From positions 1,703,483-1,767,482 of the forward strand of contig OZ247428.1 of assembly GCA_965232845.1 (NCBI GenBank): a DNA stretch of 64,000 bases, written 5' to 3'. This document shows positions 1 through 10,282 of this stretch, piece after piece. Every line of letters begins with the position of its first letter. Position 1 is the first letter of the stretch. Both the position numbers and the translations under genes were made by a program. The DNA is from Dehalococcoidia bacterium. GTDB lineage: Bacteria > Chloroflexota > Dehalococcoidia > Lucifugimonadales > UBA3495. The notes beneath the pieces were generated by a model. That model saw nothing but the letters and a program-made list of their open reading frames with translations. It was not told the DNA's origin and made no database searches.

Positions 1-380
1 GCCACGTCTGCGAGGGTTCCGGTGAAAACCTGTTCGTAGTATCTGAAGGCAGGATGATAACCCCAAGCCTGGAGGACAATGTGCTGCCCGGCATCACCCG
101 GGACACCGTAATCCAGTTGGCGCAGAGTGAATTGGGGTTGGACGTGCTGGAGCGAAGCATCGACCGCAGCGAGCTATACCTGGCCGATGAGGTCTTCCTT
201 ACCGGCACTGCGGCCCACCTCACGCCTGTAGTGGAACTGGACCACCGCCCCATAGCAGACGGCAAGGCCGGTCCCATTTCCAGCAAGCTGCAAAAAATGT
301 ACTTCGACATCGTTGTCGGCCGCACTGAAAAGTACCGACACTGGTGCACTCCGGCTTCCCCTCGCCTGGTGACAGTTTAG
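1..380 (+). CDS. ilvE: Branched-chain amino acid aminotransferase, C-terminal part (5' end outside window)
   Basis: ORF open to the window edge in frame 3. EGSGENLFVVSEGRMITP...LPGITRDTVIQLA...EVFLTGTAAHLTPVVELD matches the conserved C-terminal half of class IV (IlvE-type) aminotransferases. Confidence 0.8.
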   Translation, partial: HVCEGSGENLFVVSEGRMITPSLEDNVLPGITRDTVIQLAQSELGLDVLERSIDRSELYLADEVFLTGTAAHLTPVVELDHRPIADGKAGPISSKLQKMYFDIVVGRTEKYRHWCTPASPRLVTV

Positions 381-450
381 CGGCGGTTAGCCCCCACTCC
401 GGCACAGCTGATTCTCGTCCATCCCCACTTTTCTGAGGTGAAGAGAGCCA

Positions 451-1137
451 GTGGTGCAGCCCGGCTCGATTTCCAGCTTTCTGGCAATAGCATTGACCCT
501 TGTGGTCATTGGCTATTTGCTGGGCAGCGTTTCCCCTTCCTACATGCTTGTGCGCCGGCGTCTGGGAAGAGACATCAGGCAACTGGGAGATGGGAACGCC
601 GGGGCCGAGAATGTCTCACGGCTGGTGGGGCTGAGGCCGGCCATTGCCGTCGCGGCTTTCGACATTTCAAAGGGCCTGGCAGTGGTACTGGTCGCCCGAG
701 GCATAACGCCCGCGACTCAGGCTGACAGTCCTTGGGAAACGCAGATTTCCTGGGAAGGCCTCCGATGCGGGCTCATGGTGGCGGCGGGTGCCGCGGCAAT
801 CATCGGTCATAGTTGGTCGGTTTACTTGAAGGGCACGGGAGGCCGGGGAGCAGCCACCGCAGTAGGCGCGTTGTTCGGCATGATAACGCTTCCGGCTCTC
901 CTGGTAATGTTTCCCGCTTTTGTCTTGATGTGGCACTATCGAAGCACCACCTGGGGACTGGCCAGCTTCTTTGTTGGGACTGTCTCGCTAGCTGTCTTCC
1001 TGGGATACTTTAGCCTGTTGGGGTATTCTCTGACGTGGGTTCCCTACGTTGTCACTCTGCCTGCCCTTGTAGGAGTGATCCATGTATTTAGCCTCAAGCG
1101 GTCGCTGGCAAGGGCCGTTGCCTTCACCGAAGATTGA
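451..1137 (+). CDS. plsY: Glycerol-3-phosphate acyltransferase PlsY
   Basis: 228-aa polytopic membrane ORF with a GTG start. Blocks GSVSPSYML, GDGNAGAENV, ISKGLAVV and GHSWSVYLKGTGGRGAATAVG resemble PlsY/YgiH family signatures. Confidence 0.75.
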   Translation: MVQPGSISSFLAIALTLVVIGYLLGSVSPSYMLVRRRLGRDIRQLGDGNAGAENVSRLVGLRPAIAVAAFDISKGLAVVLVARGITPATQADSPWETQISWEGLRCGLMVAAGAAAIIGHSWSVYLKGTGGRGAATAVGALFGMITLPALLVMFPAFVLMWHYRSTTWGLASFFVGTVSLAVFLGYFSLLGYSLTWVPYVVTLPALVGVIHVFSLKRSLARAVAFTED

Positions 1138-1266
1138 GTGAGGCAAACGGCGTTTGATTAGAGTATGGTATTCTGGCGGCTGTGGCTCTTTTCCGGTAGG
1201 GAATGGAAATCCCTGGCTGACTATTAGCGACTATCTTTCGCGGCGCTTCATTAGGACCTTAGCTGA

Positions 1267-2169
1267 ATGTGGATCCTCGTTGCCCTGGTTTCGGCCTCTA
1301 CTCTGGCAGTGGTAAACCTGACGGATAAACGCCTGCTCGACCGCCACCTGCCAAACCTCTCCACTCTGTATGCCTGGGTAGCCTTTGGCCTGGTCGTCTA
1401 TATCCTGGGCGCAATGGCGATTTTTGGCATCCCTAACGATACCTCACTAGCCTACATAGTAGCAGCGATTGCCTCGGGCCTTGCCCTGGGCATCGGTTAT
1501 GCGCTCCTGTTCGTTGGCCTCAAGGTAGGCGAAGCCTCCCGAGCCGTTGCCATAGCCCAAATTTATCCCATCTTCGTTGCCATGCTCGCCGTCTTGCTAT
1601 TGGGTGAACGCCTCAGTCTGATGCAGTGGGCATCTATCGTCCTGGTGGTGCTGGGCACGATGAGCATCTCTCTGCCCTACTTTCCCCGAGGTCTGGAGGG
1701 GCTCAAACCCTCCCGGGGAGTCCCAGTATTGATTGCCAGCGGACTGTTTCTCGGAGTGGGATTCTTCACCGCCAAGCTGGCCCTGCAGGAAAGTTCATTC
1801 CCTACGGTGTTCATCTATCAGCAGTTCGGCACTCTTGTGGCCTTTATGCCCTTTTGCCGACCCGCAGTTTTCCGCCAACTCCTGGGCGCTATGAAAAACC
1901 CCAAGACAGTCGGCCTGTTAGTAGTGGGAGAAGGAATACTGCCCCTGGTAGTGGTGGCCGGCGCGTTGCAGGCAACAAACCTGGGTCCAGTCTCCCTGGT
2001 CTCCGCTTTTCTGGCGACCACCCCTCTCTTCGTATTCGTCCTGGCCACTCTGCTGAGCCACGCCCGCTGGCAGGTAATGGAGGAAGCAATCAATCGGCGG
2101 GCCCTCACGTTCAAGTTCGCATCGATTTCCATGATCATAATTGGCGTAAGCGCGCTGGGCCTCTTCTGA
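1267..2169 (+). CDS. EamA/DMT-superfamily membrane transporter
   Basis: 300-aa ORF, about 10 hydrophobic helices arranged as two similar halves, typical of EamA-domain permeases. No substrate can be inferred. Confidence 0.6.
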   Translation: MWILVALVSASTLAVVNLTDKRLLDRHLPNLSTLYAWVAFGLVVYILGAMAIFGIPNDTSLAYIVAAIASGLALGIGYALLFVGLKVGEASRAVAIAQIYPIFVAMLAVLLLGERLSLMQWASIVLVVLGTMSISLPYFPRGLEGLKPSRGVPVLIASGLFLGVGFFTAKLALQESSFPTVFIYQQFGTLVAFMPFCRPAVFRQLLGAMKNPKTVGLLVVGEGILPLVVVAGALQATNLGPVSLVSAFLATTPLFVFVLATLLSHARWQVMEEAINRRALTFKFASISMIIIGVSALGLF

Positions 2170-2333
2170 ACCTCTTCCAACTTCTCCAAGCCGCCAGGCC
2201 AGGTTATTTCCCTTCGCCAGACAGGTCGGGCCACAGCAAGCATTCATGGCCGGAGCAGGTTTGACACTTCAGCCCAACTGACCGACAATCCACGAAAATC
2301 TCGCGACACCCTGCTACAGCATAGGAGGACAAC

Positions 2334-3458
2334 ATGGGCTGGTCCAGCCATCACCAAAGCGGGCTGATCTACTACAACCCCCAGCAAAGTTATCGGGGTT
2401 ACACGCTGGTGGCAACCAACCGCGGCGGTACCTACGCCAACCTGATAGACATGGAAGGCCGAATCTGCCACCGATGGTATCACCCGGAAGAAATCGTTTA
2501 CGGCTACCTGCTTCCCAACGGGAACCTGCTCTTTCGCAGCCGTACCGCCCGAAACGAGAGTGAAGGGCCAACTTTCGGGGGTCGGTCAATGTCCCTGATC
2601 GAGCTGGACTGGAACAGCAACGTGGTTTGGAAATACGAGAGCCCCGATATGTTCCTGCACCATGACTTCGAGCGGCTAGTGAACGGAAACACGCTGGTCC
2701 TGCTATGGGCGCCGGTTCCGGCAGATCTGTCCGCCCAGATCAAGGGAGGTTTCGTGGCCGACGACGACCCCGAACAGAGTTGGGGTGATGTGGTCCAGGA
2801 AATTACTGCTGACGGCGAAGTGGTCTACGAGTGGAAGTCTTGGGAGTTTCTCAACGTGGACGAAGACGTCATCTGTCCCCTGGAAGGGCGGAAGGAGTGG
2901 TCACACCAGAACGCCTTGAACGTCACTCCGGATGGGGACCTTATAGTCAGCTACCGTCAAACCAGCACGGTGGGGATTGTAGACAAGGCCAGCGGCCAGT
3001 TCCGGTGGAAGTGGGGGCCAGGCGAAGTGTACCACCAGCACCATCCTACCTGGCTGCCTAACGGTCGGGTGATGATGTTCGATAATGGTTCACACCGGCG
3101 CGGGGCCAGTCGTTCTCGAATCATCGAAGTGGACCCGGAAACCAACGAGATTGGCTGGGAGTACACCGGCACTCCCGACATATCTTTCTTCAGCTACAAC
3201 ATCAGCAGCGCGGAACGCCAGCCCAACGGCAACACGGTAATCTGCGAAGGGGCGCCGGGTCGCATCTTCGAGGTGACCCAGGCAAAGGAAATAGTGTGGG
3301 AGTATGTCAGCCCCTTCTATGGGGAATCGGGAGGTGGTCCGCCTCAGAACGGAGTATTCCGCGCCCACCGCTACGGTCCCGACCATCCTGCACTGATTGG
3401 AAAAGACCTGGATCCGAGCCGGTATTCCAACTTGAACCGGCTTTACGCTGCAGGCTGA
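2334..3458 (+). CDS. Arylsulfotransferase (ASST)-family beta-propeller protein
   Basis: 374 aa with an AGGAGG RBS upstream. N-terminal YNPQQSYRGYTLVA...NLIDMEGRICHRW and recurring W-containing blades resemble ASST-family proteins. This is recognition by eye only. Confidence 0.5.
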   Translation: MGWSSHHQSGLIYYNPQQSYRGYTLVATNRGGTYANLIDMEGRICHRWYHPEEIVYGYLLPNGNLLFRSRTARNESEGPTFGGRSMSLIELDWNSNVVWKYESPDMFLHHDFERLVNGNTLVLLWAPVPADLSAQIKGGFVADDDPEQSWGDVVQEITADGEVVYEWKSWEFLNVDEDVICPLEGRKEWSHQNALNVTPDGDLIVSYRQTSTVGIVDKASGQFRWKWGPGEVYHQHHPTWLPNGRVMMFDNGSHRRGASRSRIIEVDPETNEIGWEYTGTPDISFFSYNISSAERQPNGNTVICEGAPGRIFEVTQAKEIVWEYVSPFYGESGGGPPQNGVFRAHRYGPDHPALIGKDLDPSRYSNLNRLYAAG

Positions 3459-3557
3459 TTTTCCCGTAGCTCACAGGTTTTGACGCGTCAACGACCGACC
3501 GCAATTGATGAAGTTAAGCTTTTTGAGACTCCAGAGTAACAAGGGGAGAGAAATATT

Positions 3558-4310
3558 ATGGGAAAGCTGGACGACAAAGTAGCGCTGATAACCGGCTCGG
3601 GCCGGAATATTGGGAGAGCCACCGCCCTCAAATTCGCCGAAGAGGGCGCTGACATCATTGTTAATGCCCGCAGCAACCGCGAGGAGGCCGAGTCGGTGGC
3701 CGAAGAGATACGGGCTTTGGGCCGCCGAGCCCTGCCTGTCCTGGCCGACGTGTCCAACAAGGAGCAGGTGGACACCATGGTCAAGATGGGCCTGGACGAA
3801 TTTGGCCGGATTGACATCCTCCTGAACAATGCCGCTATCCGCCCCCACAAGCCGTTTCTGGAATTGACCCTGGAGGACTGGGAATACGTGAGAGGGGTGG
3901 TCCTGGACGGCGCCTTTTACTGCACCCACGCGGTAATGCCCTCGATGGTAGAGAACAACTTTGGTAGGGTGCTCTTCTTCACCGGCGATGGCGCCTGGGC
4001 CGGAGGGGCCCAGCGGGGGCACGTCTCCGCTGCCAAAATGGGACTGGTGGGATTTTCGCGGAGCCTGGCCACCGAGTTTGCTCCCAACAACGTGCGGGTA
4101 AACGTAGTATCCCCGGGCAGCATTGACACAAGCCGAGCCAACCCCGACTGGTACCCCGATAGCCGACCTCCCAACGCCTCCGGAATACCCCTGGGCCGCC
4201 AGGGCAAAACCGACGAAGTCGCCGCCGCCTGCCTGTTCCTGGTAAGCGACGACGGGGGATTCATTACCGGCCAAACCCTGCACGTAAACGGCGGGTCGGC
4301 GTTTTTCTAG
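3558..4310 (+). CDS. SDR-family oxidoreductase (atypical active site)
   Basis: TGSGRNIGRA Rossmann motif, NNAA and the PG motif are present. The position of the catalytic YxxxK reads VSAAK. It is a paralog of 21066..21833. Confidence 0.8.
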   Translation: MGKLDDKVALITGSGRNIGRATALKFAEEGADIIVNARSNREEAESVAEEIRALGRRALPVLADVSNKEQVDTMVKMGLDEFGRIDILLNNAAIRPHKPFLELTLEDWEYVRGVVLDGAFYCTHAVMPSMVENNFGRVLFFTGDGAWAGGAQRGHVSAAKMGLVGFSRSLATEFAPNNVRVNVVSPGSIDTSRANPDWYPDSRPPNASGIPLGRQGKTDEVAAACLFLVSDDGGFITGQTLHVNGGSAFF

Positions 4311-4434
4311 AGCAGAACCAAATCCTGCCTGACAAGAATGCCAAAGGGATAAAAGATAAGTGGCGGGTCTGAAACCCGCCCCATAATTGCTGTAGAAATC
4401 TTCTGTTCCCGACCTTATCTTCCCGACAAGCCCT

Positions 4435-5112
4435 CTAATCTCTGAACCGAAACTCCTTCAAGTCCGGCGCAATTATCAGTTCGGCTTCCGTCAGCTCCTG
4501 AATTTCTTCGGGAGACCAGCCAGGGGCGTTTTCGCGGAGTTCGAAGCCCTGAGGAGTCACCTTGAACAAGCCAAGGTCGGTTGCCACCAGGGTCACCACT
4601 CCGGGAGCGGTAATGGGCAGGGCGCAGCGTTTCAGCATCCTGGGATTGCCTTCCCGCGTCGTGTGTTCCATGGCAATAAAAACCTGCTTGGCACAGGCCG
4701 CCAGGTCCATGGCGCCACCGATGCCGCCGCCCTTGCGATTTGGAATGCGCCAATTGGCAAAATCGCCATTCTCAGCCACCTCGTAAGCCCCCATAACCGT
4801 CACGTCCACCATTCCGCTGCGGATCAGGGCAAAAGAATCGGCGTGATGCACAATAGCCATTCCGGGCAAGGCCACTACGTTCTGCCCACCGGCGTTGACC
4901 AGATGTTTGTCCTCTTCTCCCGGCGGGGCCAGGGGGCCGTAGCCAATAACCCCGTTCTCGGAGTGAAAGATAAGGTCTTTAGAGGGATCAACGTAGTTGG
5001 AGCACAGAGTGGGCATTCCTACGCCAAGATTCACAATCCAGTCGTCCTGAAACTCCATGGCCAAGCGGTCGCACATAGCCTGGCGCTGCAGCTTGGGCTT
5101 CTCTGTTGCCAT
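4435..5112 (-). CDS. 3-oxoacid CoA-transferase family, subunit B
   Basis: 225 aa. NLGVGMPT...SENGV (catalytic-Glu block)...GGAMDL are hallmarks of class I CoA-transferase beta subunits. It lies directly downstream of the subunit A gene. Confidence 0.85.
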   Translation of the reverse strand: MATEKPKLQRQAMCDRLAMEFQDDWIVNLGVGMPTLCSNYVDPSKDLIFHSENGVIGYGPLAPPGEEDKHLVNAGGQNVVALPGMAIVHHADSFALIRSGMVDVTVMGAYEVAENGDFANWRIPNRKGGGIGGAMDLAACAKQVFIAMEHTTREGNPRMLKRCALPITAPGVVTLVATDLGLFKVTPQGFELRENAPGWSPEEIQELTEAELIIAPDLKEFRFRD

Positions 5113-5159
5113 AACGGTTCCTCCTTGAGGCAGTCTCGATAAGGGGCTAGGAGTCTTAC

Positions 5160-5858
5160 CTAGTCAAAAATACCGTCGGGCGGAATCTTGACCAGCCTGT
5201 TAACGTATACGCCGGGAACGTGAACCTTGTCAGGGTCAAGTTCCCCAACCGGGACAATATCATCCTCCACTTCAACAATCGTGACCCGCGCCGCCATGGC
5301 CATAATTGGGTTGAAGTTCCGCTGGGTCAGCCGGAATTGTAAATTGCCGAATGTATCTGCCCTGAACGCCCGGATTAATGCATAATCGGCATGGAGAGGG
5401 GTCTCGAGAACGTAGTTGCGGCCGTTAATCTCCCGATGTTCCTTCCCTTCTGCCAATTCAGTCCCCACGCTGGCCGGTGTGTAAAAGGCGCCAATACCGG
5501 AGGCGGCAGCCCGGATGCGCTCAGCCAGGGTCCCCTGGGGGACCGTTTCAGCGTCGATTTCCCCATCGTTGAACATGCGCACAAACGGACTTATCTGCGA
5601 GGGATGCGTCGGAGACGTGAAGGCCGCATACATTTTCTTGACCTGGCCTGCCTCGATCAACGTGCCCACGTCAACTTTCTCGTCAAGGCTCCCGCAATTA
5701 TTGGAAATGCCGGTAAGTCCCTTGGCACCCTGGCGGTGCAAGGCTGCCAGCAAGTTGCGGGGAACGCCAACTCCACTGAACCCTGGAGACATGAATGCTG
5801 AGCCGTCGGGAACGTCGGCCACTGCTTCGTCAAAAGTCTGATATATCTTGTTCTTCAT
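5160..5858 (-). CDS. 3-oxoacid CoA-transferase family, subunit A
   Basis: 232 aa. The blocks DGSAFMSPGFSGVGVPRNLL...GISNN...ETVPQGTLAERIRAA...GNL are typical of class I CoA-transferase alpha subunits. Confidence 0.85.
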   Translation of the reverse strand: MKNKIYQTFDEAVADVPDGSAFMSPGFSGVGVPRNLLAALHRQGAKGLTGISNNCGSLDEKVDVGTLIEAGQVKKMYAAFTSPTHPSQISPFVRMFNDGEIDAETVPQGTLAERIRAAASGIGAFYTPASVGTELAEGKEHREINGRNYVLETPLHADYALIRAFRADTFGNLQFRLTQRNFNPIMAMAARVTIVEVEDDIVPVGELDPDKVHVPGVYVNRLVKIPPDGIFD

Positions 5859-6048
5859 CTGGGTTTGCTCCTGGAAGACAATCTGCCCTACATACTAACG
5901 CAGACCGCCGTCAGTTGCCACACCTCTTGACAAGGAAGGCGATTAGCAGAACAATCCATTGGGATAATACGCGCCATTGCCAAGGGGTGACCCCATGAAA
6001 ATGAGGTCGCCAAATCGAATAAACGGAAGAGAAAAGGGGAGGGCCAGC

Positions 6049-7128
6049 ATGACTACCGAGAAGCATCGAACCCACCTGTATGTAGGCATAGCCGGAGAGG
6101 GTCCGCTGATTGCGGGCATCGGCGAGCCAAGACCTTTGGGCGGCGGCGGACTGTACCGCCAGGCTGAGGACGAAGACGGCTGGGAAAGCGTTACCAAGGG
6201 ATTGCCCGAAGATCCGCAAATACGGGCGTTGCTCGTCCACCCGGAGAATCCATCCGTGGTATTTGCCGGCACCCAGGCAGGAGTTTACCGCAGCGACGAC
6301 CGGGGCGAACACTGGGAAGCCACCGGTTCTCCTGAGGGTGACGTCTGGTCATTGGCAGTTGACCCCCAGAACTCAAACGTCATGTACGCCGGGTACGACG
6401 GATGCACAATTTGCCGCTCCGATGACGGTGGCGCCACCTGGAAGAAGGGCAACACCAAGGGCATCAACTTCCCCCACATTACTATGAACCCGTACCAGAT
6501 CTGCAAGCGTGTCATCGGCCTGGCCATAGACGCTCATAATCCCCAGGACGTGTATGGGGCCATTGAAGTGGGCGGCCTGGTTGCCAGCCGGGATGGCGGC
6601 GAAAACTGGGAGTCCATCACTGACGGTCACTACACCCGCACCGGGCCCGTGGATTTGCATGGTGTGCAGGTTAACCCCAAGGCTCCCGGACTGGTTTACA
6701 TCATTACCCAGCTGGCCATGTTCCGCAGCCGCAACTCGGGGAGCAACTGGGAGTTTGTCGATATTGACGAGATGTTCCCCGGCGGCAGTTATTGCCGGGA
6801 CCTGGTAGTAGCGCCCGACGACCCCAATACCATGTACCTGGCCGCTGGCGCCGGTGGCGGCAGCGCCCCCCAGGGCACCGTAGAAGCCGGAGTATTGGTC
6901 CGCAGCCGCGACGCCGGCGAGACCTGGGAAAGGGTTGACCTGGGCGAAATGGCCCCCAGCCGGATGTTCCAGATCGCCATAGACCCCAAGGCGCCATCCA
7001 ATGTTTACTGCACCGACCGGGACGGCCTGGTGTTCCGAAGCAACGACGGTGGCGAGACCTGGAGCAAGAGCCAGGTCCCCGGTGAAATGTCCCGTGGCCG
7101 CCACGTATATCCCATGGTTTGCGGCTAA
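6049..7128 (+). CDS. BNR/Asp-box repeat (sialidase/sortilin-like beta-propeller) protein
   Basis: Six Asp-box motifs are present: RSDDRGEHWE, RSDDGGATWK, SRDGGENWE, RSRNSGSNWE, RSRDAGETWE, RSNDGGETWS. The start was moved from the TTG at 5977 to the ATG at 6049, which has a GGGGAGGG RBS. Confidence 0.65.
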   Translation: MTTEKHRTHLYVGIAGEGPLIAGIGEPRPLGGGGLYRQAEDEDGWESVTKGLPEDPQIRALLVHPENPSVVFAGTQAGVYRSDDRGEHWEATGSPEGDVWSLAVDPQNSNVMYAGYDGCTICRSDDGGATWKKGNTKGINFPHITMNPYQICKRVIGLAIDAHNPQDVYGAIEVGGLVASRDGGENWESITDGHYTRTGPVDLHGVQVNPKAPGLVYIITQLAMFRSRNSGSNWEFVDIDEMFPGGSYCRDLVVAPDDPNTMYLAAGAGGGSAPQGTVEAGVLVRSRDAGETWERVDLGEMAPSRMFQIAIDPKAPSNVYCTDRDGLVFRSNDGGETWSKSQVPGEMSRGRHVYPMVCG

Positions 7129-7250
7129 ACAGCAACGTAACTTTATTGAAGAGCGCGAAACGGGGACGAAGGCGATTCACAATTCTGAATCGCCCGTCCT
7201 GTTGAGCGCTCTTCGTGGAAACCAACTCCTAGAGAAAAGCGAGGTCCCCA

Positions 7251-7874
7251 TTGACATCCGCAGCATTGGAACGCGCCACTTATCGAGTTTCGGACCAGGA
7301 CTTGGAGTACATGGTCCTTGACAAGGTAGATTTACCGCCAGAATTTGCGGACTATCAACAGGTAAGGGTGGGCGTTCTGGATAACGAGAACATGGCAGCC
7401 CATGGCTTTTCGGGCAGCACCGCCGCGCGATTTCGCGAAGCAGGGCGAATAACCGGCTACATGCGCGAATTCGGGCCAACGTCGGACATGAATGTCTTCG
7501 ATGGCTTCAATTTTGTGGGCTCCACCGTGGCCCACCTTTTTGACACTTCGGAGTCGGTGTCGGGCTGGATGCGCGACGTCTTTTTGAAGGACTTTGAAAG
7601 CAATGTCGGGGAGAGCGTCGGGGAAGGCCACCAGCTTATTTCCGTAGACCACCTGCAACCACAGGGCCTGTTCGACGAGGCCGTGGCGCTAAAGGCGGTG
7701 CAGGGTGGCCCGCAGGGGGTGGTTTCTTCCACGGTCATTGACTTCAGGGTCGGGCGTATCCTGGGCGTGGCCTTCGTGGGTTCAGTAGGCAACCACGACC
7801 GCCTGGACTTGACCGGGCAACTTGCCCTGGCCCTGGAAAAGAAGATAGTGCAGGTGGTGCTGGGTTCGGTTTAG
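7251..7874 (+). CDS. Hypothetical protein
   Basis: 207-aa ORF with a TTG start and coding-like composition, followed by a strong terminator. No recognisable motif. Confidence 0.4.
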   Translation: MTSAALERATYRVSDQDLEYMVLDKVDLPPEFADYQQVRVGVLDNENMAAHGFSGSTAARFREAGRITGYMREFGPTSDMNVFDGFNFVGSTVAHLFDTSESVSGWMRDVFLKDFESNVGESVGEGHQLISVDHLQPQGLFDEAVALKAVQGGPQGVVSSTVIDFRVGRILGVAFVGSVGNHDRLDLTGQLALALEKKIVQVVLGSV

Positions 7875-7885
7875 GGATACAAAAA

Positions 7886-7920
7886 GAAAGGGGCCCATAT
7901 GAGGGCCCCTTTCTCATTTA
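7886..7920 (+). terminator. Rho-independent terminator
   Basis: Perfect 11-bp stem GAAAGGGGCCC (7886-7896) / GGGCCCCTTTC (7903-7913) with a 6-nt loop, followed by a T-rich tail. Confidence 0.75.
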
Positions 7921-8083
7921 AGTCCTAACGGCTTTTGTAACCTGCAATCCAATAACTCTTTCCTCTTTTCCAGCCTTCTCCATCGATATATAACAGGCCA
8001 TTCATAGCCCGGTTTGTTTTTCAGCAATTCAACTTCTTCAACTGTGCCGCAAGAACAAAGAACCAACCTGCCTGAGCTTCCTC

Positions 8084-9157
8084 CTACTCCTCCCCCAACA
8101 ACCTGACCACCTCATCCCCCACCTGCGATGTTGTGGCTGTTCCGCCCAAGTCCGGGGTCATTACCTTGCGCTCCTGGAGGCTGCGGACTACTGCGGCATC
8201 TACTTTCCTTGAGGCTTTAGCTTCGCCCAGGTGGTCCAGCATCATGGCCACCGCTGAGATGGTGGCCAGGGGATTGGCTATTCCCTTACCGGTAATGTCG
8301 AAGGCGGCGCCGTGCACCGGCTCGAACATGGAGGGATACTCGCGCTCCGGGTTAATGTTAGCACTGGGCGCCAGGCCCATGCTGCCGGTTACAACTGCGG
8401 CAATGTCCGAAATGATGTCTGCGAAAAGGTTGGAGGCCACCATCACGTCGAAGTCCTCGGGCCAGCGCACTAGGTCCATCGCAACTCGGTCAACCAACAG
8501 TGATTCGGTTTCCACCTGCGGGTAGTCGGCGGAAACGACCTGAAATACCTCATCCCAGAAGACCATGCCGAATGCCTGGGCGTTGGACTTGGTAACCGAA
8601 GTTACTTTCATCCGCCGGTTGCGACGTACGCAATACTCGAAAGCGGCCCGGATGATGCGCTCGGTGCCACGTCGGGTGAATACGTTGGTCTGCATTACGG
8701 TCTCGTGAGGCGTGCCCGGATACAGGCGACCTCCCACGGGAGCGTATTCGCCCTCGGTGTTCTCGCGGAAGATGACCAGGTCGATTTCGCCAGCACTCTT
8801 GCCGGCCAGGGGAGAAGTTACCCCCGGGTGAAGGTAAGCTGGCCGGACGCAGACCCCCTGGTCATAAGCCCGGCGCATCGGCAGCAGCAACCCCTGCAGG
8901 GTGATATGGTCTGGAATATCCGGGTCTCCCACGGCGCCGAACAGGATAGCCTCATTCGCAGCGACCTGGTCCAACCCGTCTTCGGGCATCATTCGCCCAG
9001 TCTCACGGTAATAGGCAGAACCCCAGGGGAACTCTGTGTAATTGAAGGTAAGTCCAGGCGTATTTGCGGCCAGGTAGTCCAGCACTTTCTTGCCCTCGTC
9101 AATTACCTCCGGGCCAATACCGTCGCCGCCGATGATTGCCAGGTTATGCTCAGCCAT
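8084..9157 (-). CDS. Isocitrate/isopropylmalate dehydrogenase family, tartrate dehydrogenase/D-malate dehydrogenase-like
   Basis: 357 aa. IGGDGIGPEV, RENTEGEY, ASNLFADIISD and FEPVHGAAFDITGKGIANP are present. Overall similarity by eye is closer to TtuC-type than to LeuB-type enzymes. Confidence 0.7.
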   Translation of the reverse strand: MAEHNLAIIGGDGIGPEVIDEGKKVLDYLAANTPGLTFNYTEFPWGSAYYRETGRMMPEDGLDQVAANEAILFGAVGDPDIPDHITLQGLLLPMRRAYDQGVCVRPAYLHPGVTSPLAGKSAGEIDLVIFRENTEGEYAPVGGRLYPGTPHETVMQTNVFTRRGTERIIRAAFEYCVRRNRRMKVTSVTKSNAQAFGMVFWDEVFQVVSADYPQVETESLLVDRVAMDLVRWPEDFDVMVASNLFADIISDIAAVVTGSMGLAPSANINPEREYPSMFEPVHGAAFDITGKGIANPLATISAVAMMLDHLGEAKASRKVDAAVVRSLQERKVMTPDLGGTATTSQVGDEVVRLLGEE

Positions 9158-9253
9158 AGCTAATGATTCCTCCGCTGGTTATTGTTCCTTCCGTGAATCA
9201 GATGTCAAAAGGATACTCCGGATAATTCGCAGTTAATCGCTAATCTACGCCGG

Positions 9254-10192
9254 TCAAACTGCCTGGACTCCGCCGCCAAGCAGACGCAAGTGATGGATAG
9301 CCTCGGCATCAGGAAACGCTTGTCGTGCCTGCCGGAAAACCGACTTTCCTCGCCGCTCGGTGGCATCCAGCAGCACGCCGATAATCGCTCCGCTGTGGGC
9401 TACGTTGACCCCAACCGCGCCAGCCTCAAGGGCAAAGGCTTTGACGTCGGGGAGACGCGGCTTGAAAAGCACCTGCTGGGCCGCTTCCGCACTCAGTGAA
9501 GCACCCTTTCCCAAAAGACGGACGTCTCGCTGTTGCAGGCCTTGCCGCACCATTTCCAATGCCTCATCAGTCTCCGCTTGGACAGCCTTCCATTGATGCC
9601 GCCGGTCCGTTTGATTGAAGTCCAGCGTGTCAACCTCCCCACCAAAGTCCAGAGCTACGATTTCCATGGGAAGAGGGAAGCCCAGTTCTTCCGTCAAAGT
9701 ACCATCGCGATGGTCGAAAAGGGTAATGCCCGGGAACATGACACCGTCGCTGGGTTCCACCTTAAGAGCCAGGGCGCCAATTTGGGAAGGAGTCAATTCT
9801 TTGCCAAGAGCCAGGCCGGTGGCGGATATGGCAGCGGCCAAATCGGCGCTGCTGCTGCCGAACCCCTTGCTGCGAGGAATGGGATTACTTACGGCAGCCC
9901 TCGCCCCCAGTTCTGAACAACCCAGGAATGCGAGGGTATTGGCTATCGCAGAGGCAGTCTTGGGGCAATCGGAGGGGGCGTCTATCCCGGTAGAGTCGCT
10001 GTATAACTCCACGCGAACTCGGGAGAAAAAGTCAACCGGGCAGGTCACCAGGAAGTATGAGTCGCCCAGCATCCCCTGGGCCAGTTCGCCGCACACCCCG
10101 GGTGCGCGCACCGTGGCTGCGCCGACGGGGGTTGGCTTCACGGCGTGGTCGAGTGGCGGAGTGTTACGGGAGAGTGGCAGGCTATCAGTCAA
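9254..10192 (-). CDS. GHMP-family kinase, PduX-like (putative L-threonine kinase)
   Basis: GHMP motif GFGSSSADLAA and N-terminal GVCGELAQG as in PduX. It is the last gene of the corrinoid operon. Confidence 0.55.
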   Translation of the reverse strand: MTDSLPLSRNTPPLDHAVKPTPVGAATVRAPGVCGELAQGMLGDSYFLVTCPVDFFSRVRVELYSDSTGIDAPSDCPKTASAIANTLAFLGCSELGARAAVSNPIPRSKGFGSSSADLAAAISATGLALGKELTPSQIGALALKVEPSDGVMFPGITLFDHRDGTLTEELGFPLPMEIVALDFGGEVDTLDFNQTDRRHQWKAVQAETDEALEMVRQGLQQRDVRLLGKGASLSAEAAQQVLFKPRLPDVKAFALEAGAVGVNVAHSGAIIGVLLDATERRGKSVFRQARQAFPDAEAIHHLRLLGGGVQAV

Positions 10193-10282
10193 AACATTTC
10201 CGGCAATCTGACCATCTTTGGAACTTTCTACTGTCTGTCCGGAACCAGTTGGAATTATAACGCAATCTCTGGATCGCCAATT